The position numbers were made by a program, and so were the translations under genes. Positions 59,601-64,000 of a DNA stretch of 64,000 bases are shown here, in pieces (the first letter of the stretch is position 1; each line of letters starts with the position of its first letter). Origin of the DNA: a plasmid. The notes under the pieces were generated by a model that was given only the letters and a program-made list of their open reading frames with translations, was not told the origin of the DNA and did no database searches. The stretch is taken from sequence record NZ_CP044066.1. The stretch is one strand, 5' to 3'.

Positions 59601-60467
59601 CTCGGTTACGCGGACGAGTAGATCACGACCCAGCGCCAGCGCCTCGGCTGTATCCTCTTCAAGGACTGCACGATAGTCGGCTAGCGATGTCAATTGGCGC
59701 AAAGCCATACGACGCGCGAGTCTGCGCTCGACAGTACCGCGCTTGTAATGGGTGAAGTCGATCGTGCAGGCCGATCGTAAGAGCCAGAATATGCGCCGGA
59801 GGGCGGGGCCTCCCGAATCGGCTTCTAGGCTTGTACAAACATCATCTCCAACCCGCCGGATCGGGAGGGCTGTGATACGTCCGATCTCCGCCGCGATCTC
59901 TTGCGGCTTCATAACGAAGTCGACGCAACCAGTGGCAATGGCCGCCCGCGGCATGCTGGAGAATTTAGCGGATTCCTCGTCCTGCGCAAACGTAATTCCG
60001 CCCTCCCGCTGCAGCGCACGCAGGCCCAACGCGCCGTCCGAGCCTCCACCCGAAAGCACGACGCCGATGGCGTTCTGACCTTCATGCGCCGCCAGCGAGT
60101 CGAACAGATCGTCGATTGGCATCGGAGGGCCCAGCGTGTTGCCACCCGGCTCGAGGTGAATCTTCCAGCCATTCACGAACATTCGGGCGTTGGGCGGAAT
60201 TACGTAGACGCGATTGATCCCTAACTGCATTCCGTCAACCGCTTCGACCACCTCCATTTCCGTTCGCGTGGCCAGAATTCCGGGCAGCAAACTCTCGTGG
60301 GACGGGTCAAGATGCTGAACGATCAGGAACGCCGCACCAGTGTCGCCAGGAAGCGCGCCAAAAAAGTCGGACAGCGCCTCTAGTCCGCCAGCTGATGCGC
60401 CAATACCAACGAGCGGAATCGAGGAAGGCGTCGGTTCTGCAGAATCCGCGGACAGGCTAGTCGCCAT
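56700..60467 (-). CDS. CheB/CheR fusion hybrid histidine kinase. Third paralogue. Domain order: CheB_methylest, CheR, coiled coil, PAS, HisKA, HATPase_c, REC.
   Basis: Start at MATSLSADS…, with an AGAGGA SD (an in-frame upstream ATG at 60521 is an alternative). N-terminus LVGIGASAGGLEALSDFF. CheR motif (IRIWVPGCASGEEVYSLAICL). Coiled coil (ELKSSEEELLSSNEEFRSTNEELETAKEELQSINEEL). H-box (LGHELRNPLAAI). C-terminal REC (ILLVDDN…DIGLPDMDGYEV). Confidence 0.8.
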   Translation of the reverse strand: MATSLSADSAEPTPSSIPLVGIGASAGGLEALSDFFGALPGDTGAAFLIVQHLDPSHESLLPGILATRTEMEVVEAVDGMQLGINRVYVIPPNARMFVNGWKIHLEPGGNTLGPPMPIDDLFDSLAAHEGQNAIGVVLSGGGSDGALGLRALQREGGITFAQDEESAKFSSMPRAAIATGCVDFVMKPQEIAAEIGRITALPIRRVGDDVCTSLEADSGGPALRRIFWLLRSACTIDFTHYKRGTVERRLARRMALRQLTSLADYRAVLEEDTAEALALGRDLLVRVTEFFRDPKTFDTLVHTVLPRILRETGANRPIRIWVPGCASGEEVYSLAICLAEYLGPQLSEASVQIFGTDVSLEALEAARTGRYIENIARNVSAERLSRYFVREGEYFRIDKSLRDMCTFARHNVAEDPPFSRMSLVSCRNLLIYLDPVLQARVLPLFHYALRTEGVLMLGPSETVGAFSEYFGVLEDASSKVYIRKPRPTIQPSLPDTIAARPHGGANRHGTSTREQTQETQLRTEADRQALGRYAPPGVVCDSDLNILMFRGDTSGWLSNPEGPPSMNLQKLARPEIFLAVTEAINRVRQSGAPARRTGLRANLAGSDCAASIEVRPVKLSGTDSRWFLVFFEGHIYPPVTQRGFADAPLRALILQLLQQRVGPQYARTRGGKDEEIARLTSELAATRERLRAALEEHESAREELKSSEEELLSSNEEFRSTNEELETAKEELQSINEELSTTNEELRYRVRELKDLHTDVAGARDFAEGIIETTAQPILVLDGGLRVKRANAAFYQMFATTVESTAGSRLYALGNGQWDIPALRELLENVLPRHSAVRDYEIVHAFPRIGLRTMRLNARRLDWSGQGSVLLTIEDVTRQRADFARLQEADRQKDEFLAMLGHELRNPLAAIRSGLLVWQRGTADAVTVRQVQESVQRQLDHEIGLVDDLLDVSRITRGVIVVRSVQIDLAEPVRHAIQTLRPLADLQRHELTLRLPPGSLIVKGDPLRLEQIVSNLLANAIKYTPDGGHIALTLERQGDEAVITLTDDGIGMKKELLSPIFDIFVQADSPADRRQSGLGLGLALVRKLVELHGGTVHATSPGLNQGSTFVVRLPVLPHGTLADRHSNPVEPASEPTSRRILLVDDNNDAAQSAAALLLLDGHEVRVAADGTAALASVEEFRPEVILLDIGLPDMDGYEVARRIREMPEQTSVLVVALSGYGLPATGHHRQGAIDHYMVKPADYQKLNALISRGRQ

Positions 60468-60785
60468 GAGTGTCCTCTGTGCCAGTACGATACCCACGCC
60501 ACCAATCACGTCTCGCCGCACTAAGGTCTTCCCTGATCATACGCCTCGGTTGTGGGCGCTGCCCCTGAGCTCCTCCCATTACTGCAAATTTGTACCCAAT
60601 TCGGCGACGCAATGTGCAATATCGAAAGACGAAAGTCGGCAAGCTCTGCGAGGTGGTCGCCTATGCGACGCTTATTGAGGGTTTCGACGCGGTTGGGATC
60701 ACCTTTCGAAAGCATGGCTGGCGGGCACGATGATTGCGCTTCAGTGAATGCCTTGCGTTTCGCAGGGCGATCACAGAGGTTCACA

Positions 60786-61664
60786 ATGTTCATTCACAAC
60801 AAGCGTTTGCAGTACACCGTTCGTGTCTCACAGGCCGATCCGGGCCTCGCTAACCTGCTTCTCGAGCAGTTTGGCGGTCCTCAGGGGGAACTTGCTGCCG
60901 CCTGCAGGTACTTTACGCAGGCCTTGGCGGAGGAGGATCCGGGGAGAAAGGATATGTTGCTCGACATTGCCACCGAGGAACTAAGCCACCTTGAGATCGT
61001 GGGGTCAATCATTGCCATGCTCAACAGGGGCGCCAAAGGCGAACTTGCCGAAGGTGTGCAGAGCGAAGCGGATCTCTATCGATCCATGACCGGCGCAGGA
61101 AACGACAGTCATGTCACCCAGTTGCTGTTTGGCGGTGGCCCGGCGCTGGTGAATTCGGCTGGTGTTCCATGGACCGCTGCGTACATCGACAGTATCGGCG
61201 AACCCACGGCTGATCTACGCTCAAACATCGCTGCGGAATCGCGCGCCAAGATTGTCTATGAACGGCTGATGAACGTCACAACCGATCCCGGCATCAAGGA
61301 GGCACTCGGGTTTCTTATGACACGCGAGATCGCCCATCAGAAGTCGTTTGAGAAGGCGCTCTACTCGATTTCGCCGAACTTCCCGCCCGGAAAGCTTCCA
61401 GGCGATGCGCGGTTCGCGACGATCTATTACAACATGTCCAACGACGATCAACGTGGGCCGTGGAATAGCGACGAAACCTTCGCGTACGTGGAGGATCCGG
61501 AGCCGGCTGTCGATGGCGGGGATGGCACAGCTTCCGTCAAGCTTTCCGCGGATGAGCAAGAGGCTGTCATGCGCTTCGCCGCGCGCGGAAAGTCAGATCC
61601 CGAATCGGAACCGATGACTGGCGCAGAACTTGGCGCCGTCGGCGCGTTGGCAGAGCAGAAGTGA
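60786..61664 (+). CDS. Manganese catalase (non-haem, ferritin-like).
   Basis: Start at MFIHNKRLQYTV…, with an AGAGG SD. Di-Mn ligand motifs (…DIATEELSHLEIVG…; …LMTREIAHQKSFEKAL…). 292 aa. The track ORF starting at 60552 is an unlikely 5' extension. Confidence 0.8.
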   Translation: MFIHNKRLQYTVRVSQADPGLANLLLEQFGGPQGELAAACRYFTQALAEEDPGRKDMLLDIATEELSHLEIVGSIIAMLNRGAKGELAEGVQSEADLYRSMTGAGNDSHVTQLLFGGGPALVNSAGVPWTAAYIDSIGEPTADLRSNIAAESRAKIVYERLMNVTTDPGIKEALGFLMTREIAHQKSFEKALYSISPNFPPGKLPGDARFATIYYNMSNDDQRGPWNSDETFAYVEDPEPAVDGGDGTASVKLSADEQEAVMRFAARGKSDPESEPMTGAELGAVGALAEQK

Positions 61665-62030
61665 TGGGCTCCATGTGGCCCTTCCTGAGCCATTGACTGG
61701 AAACACCATGCATCTGTTCGAATCGGCATGCTGGCATTGGCATAGAACACCATTTCGAATGGGTCTCGGCCTGGGCGTGGTCGTCGCAGGTGCGCTTGCC
61801 CTCTGCAGCCGTTGTTTCGCCGGATAGTATCCCCGGACTCGAAAACATCCTGAGGCGCATTCTCTCCCCCGCCGGACGTAGGCCTTTTTAACTGTCGAGT
61901 AGTACAGACAGTCCCGAATCACGCGAGACCTCAGTAGGTCAGCTTCACTGCCACTGGCAGCACGTCCGGCACGCCGGCGACGTCTACGGAAGCCAGGGCA
62001 AAAATCTCTACCAACCCACAAGGATCCTTC

Positions 62031-62495
62031 ATGGATAAATCGAAGATACCGGCCGAACAACGAGCCGTCCTCGGCATGCTTGCAGACGACCATCGTGCGG
62101 TTAGAAAACTGTTCAAGCAATTCAATAGCACCGGCAATGACAAGGAAAGACAGTCGATCGCGGCAGAGACATGCCGTCAGTTGACTGTACATGCACGGAT
62201 CGAAGAAGAGATCTTCTACCCCGGACTCCAAGGCCAGTCCGATAAGATTGATGCCATGCTGGATGAGGCGGAAGTCGAGCATGGCGTGGCTAAAAATCTT
62301 GTCTCCGCGATCGAATCGGGTGAGTCCGACATGCTGGAAGCCAACTACACCGTGCTTACCGAATACGTTGGCCATCACGTCGAGGAGGAGGAAGGCGAAC
62401 TGTTCCAGGCGGTGATCAAGGCGAAGATCGATTTGCGCGAGATGGCCGCACAGCTTGAGCAACGTAAGCTCGCGCTGATGGGCGAAGTCGCTTGA
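62031..62495 (+). CDS. Hemerythrin HHE cation-binding-domain protein.
   Basis: 154 aa. Iron-ligand spacing in LADDHRAVRKLF…HARIEEEIFYP…EHGVAKNL…HHVEEEEGELF. Confidence 0.7.
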   Translation: MDKSKIPAEQRAVLGMLADDHRAVRKLFKQFNSTGNDKERQSIAAETCRQLTVHARIEEEIFYPGLQGQSDKIDAMLDEAEVEHGVAKNLVSAIESGESDMLEANYTVLTEYVGHHVEEEEGELFQAVIKAKIDLREMAAQLEQRKLALMGEVA

Positions 62496-62722
62496 TATTT
62501 CCCGAATTGGGTAGCCGACGGACGCCGCAACTGATCGCGCTGGACAAGCTTCTCAAGCCCTGAGGGCTGCGAGCTGCCGGCTCGATATCCGTTTACTTTT
62601 GCTCGCCCAGTAGCGGGCTTTTTTTGTCTTCGGCCAGGGAGATGTGCGCCGTCGCTAGGTGGTGGAACGACTGTTGCGTTGAGAGGTAAGTCCCAGCATG
62701 GGGCGACACCGAGGAGACTGAC

Positions 62723-63840
62723 ATGAGGGCACTCTGCTGGCATGGAAAGCATGATGTTCGCTGTGACACGGTTCCCGATCCGGGCATCGAGCATCCGCGG
62801 GATGCGATCGTGAAGGTGACAAACTGTGCGATCTGCGGTTCGGACCTCCATTTGTTCAATGGATTCATTCCCGGCATGGAGAGCGGTGACATCCTCGGCC
62901 ATGAGTTCATGGACGAGGTTGTGGATGTAGGCGCGGAGAACCATCGCCTGAAGGTTGGTGATCGCGTGGTCGTCCCGTTCACCATCATTTGTGGGGAGTG
63001 CGATCAGTGCCGCCGCGGCAATTTTTCCCTGTGCGAACGGACCAATCGCAATAAAGATACCGCTGATAAGGCCTTCGGGCACACAGCGGCCGGTCTGTTT
63101 GGCTATACCCATCTCACTGGCGGGTATTCAGGTGTCAGGCTGAGTACGTGCGCGTGCCCTACGCCGATGTCGCAACTGTCGTAATTCCGGAGGGCATCAT
63201 CGATGAGTCAGTGCTTCTTCTCGGCGACATCCTTCCCACGGCCTGGCAGGCCGCTAAGCAGTGCGATATCCAGCCGGGAGAATTGGTAGCGGTATGGGGT
63301 GCCGGCCCCGTCGGGCAGTTCGCGGCGCTGAGTGCGTTGATGCTCAACGCAGGTCGGGTGATCGTGATTGACCGCGTCCCCGAGCGTCTGGCAATGGCCG
63401 AGCAAATCGGCGCCACTGCATTGAACTTCGATCATGTCAACGTGGTGGATGCACTCAACGAACAGACGGGCGGTAAGGGCCCAGATAAGTGCATTGATGC
63501 GGTCGGGCTGGAGGCGCATACGTCCGCCTCCATGGATTCCATGTATGACCGTGTGAAGCAGGCACTGATGCTGGAATCGGACCGCCCGCACGTCCTACGC
63601 GAAATGGCATACGTCTGTCGGCCAGGAGGAGTACTGTCGATTCCGGGCGTGTACGGCGGAATGGTCGACAAATTCCCTATGGGCGCGATCATGAACAAGG
63701 GGCTAACGATACGAACAGGTCAGACCCAAGTGAACCGCTGGACCGACGACTTGTTACGCAGGATTGTCGAAGGGGAGATCGACCCGTCGTTTGTCATCAC
63801 GCATCGGATAGCGCTCGAGCAGGGAACCAGAGATGTATAA
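62723..63840 (+). pseudogene. Zn-dependent alcohol/formaldehyde dehydrogenase (MDR superfamily), interrupted by a single-base deletion.
   Basis: Frame 1 gives …CGSDLH…[12 protein letters not shown]…[13 protein letters not shown]…THLTGGYSG. Then 'ggtgtcaggctgag' replaces the expected 'ggtggtcaggctgag' ([14 protein letters not shown]). Frame 2 continues …[16 protein letters not shown]…VWGAGPVGQ… with a Rossmann fold. Either a true frameshift or a sequencing error in the G-run. Confidence 0.65.
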
Positions 63841-64000
63841 GACGTTCCGCGACAAGAAAGATGGTTGCATTAAGGCGGTTATTTCGATGTAGCTGGCGTT
63901 CAAGGCCGCCGGGGAAGCAATTCCCCCCTCGGTAGCCTACTGTAGTAGTAGCCGTCTCGTTCTTCTGAGCGACGTTCGTTGTCTAATCGTTTCATCACCC

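Noticed and set aside
61593-62462. 289-aa minus-strand ORF overlapping the hemerythrin gene and the manganese-catalase 3' end.
   Set aside because: No recognisable motifs. It is antisense to two well-supported genes. This is a typical high-GC shadow ORF.

Overview
High-GC (about 62–65%) proteobacterial DNA, Burkholderiaceae-like in codon usage and gene content. The window is a mosaic of horizontally acquired and decaying segments.

Defence island (about 1–10.6 kb):
- It opens with an IS3-family (IS407-like) transposase 3' remnant.
- The core is a complete four-gene Wadjet (jetABCD) SMC-like anti-plasmid operon.
- It is flanked on one side by an AT-rich gene for a two-TM membrane protein, possibly Abi-like.
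- On the other side sits an AT-rich gene for a HEPN-motif (RNxxAH) protein.

Middle of the window:
- A 5'-truncated, frameshifted autotransporter, an OmpA-like lipoprotein and a Big_2/beta-propeller lipoprotein with a degenerate partial tandem duplicate.
- Two adjacent toxin–antitoxin pairs (Xre/DUF2384–RES and DUF3018–MazF/PemK).
- A frameshifted IS21 istB remnant and an MBL-fold hydrolase.
- An H-NS-like silencer with small stress proteins.
- A kaiC homologue translationally coupled to a hybrid histidine kinase that has an N-terminal pseudo-receiver.
- Two diverged copies of a DDE-transposase IS (one truncated) inserted into a manganese-catalase paralogue remnant.

Signalling module (about 32–47 kb):
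- Three CheB-methylesterase/CheR-methyltransferase fusion sensor proteins. Two are hybrid histidine kinases and one ends in PAS-GAF.
- A FixJ-type response regulator with its histidine kinase.
- A PAS-GGDEF-EAL protein.
- A SYLF gene truncated by a 330-bp AT-rich palindromic block.

Stress/PHB-type cluster (about 47.5–64 kb):
- YihY, an orphan TctA, DUF2188, phasin, DUF1488, Crp/Fnr and a PHB-depolymerase-family esterase.
- Manganese catalase, hemerythrin and a Zn-dependent dehydrogenase carrying a single-base frameshift.

No rRNA, confident tRNA or CRISPR array was found. All functional calls rest on motif and architecture recognition from the translations and are not database-verified.
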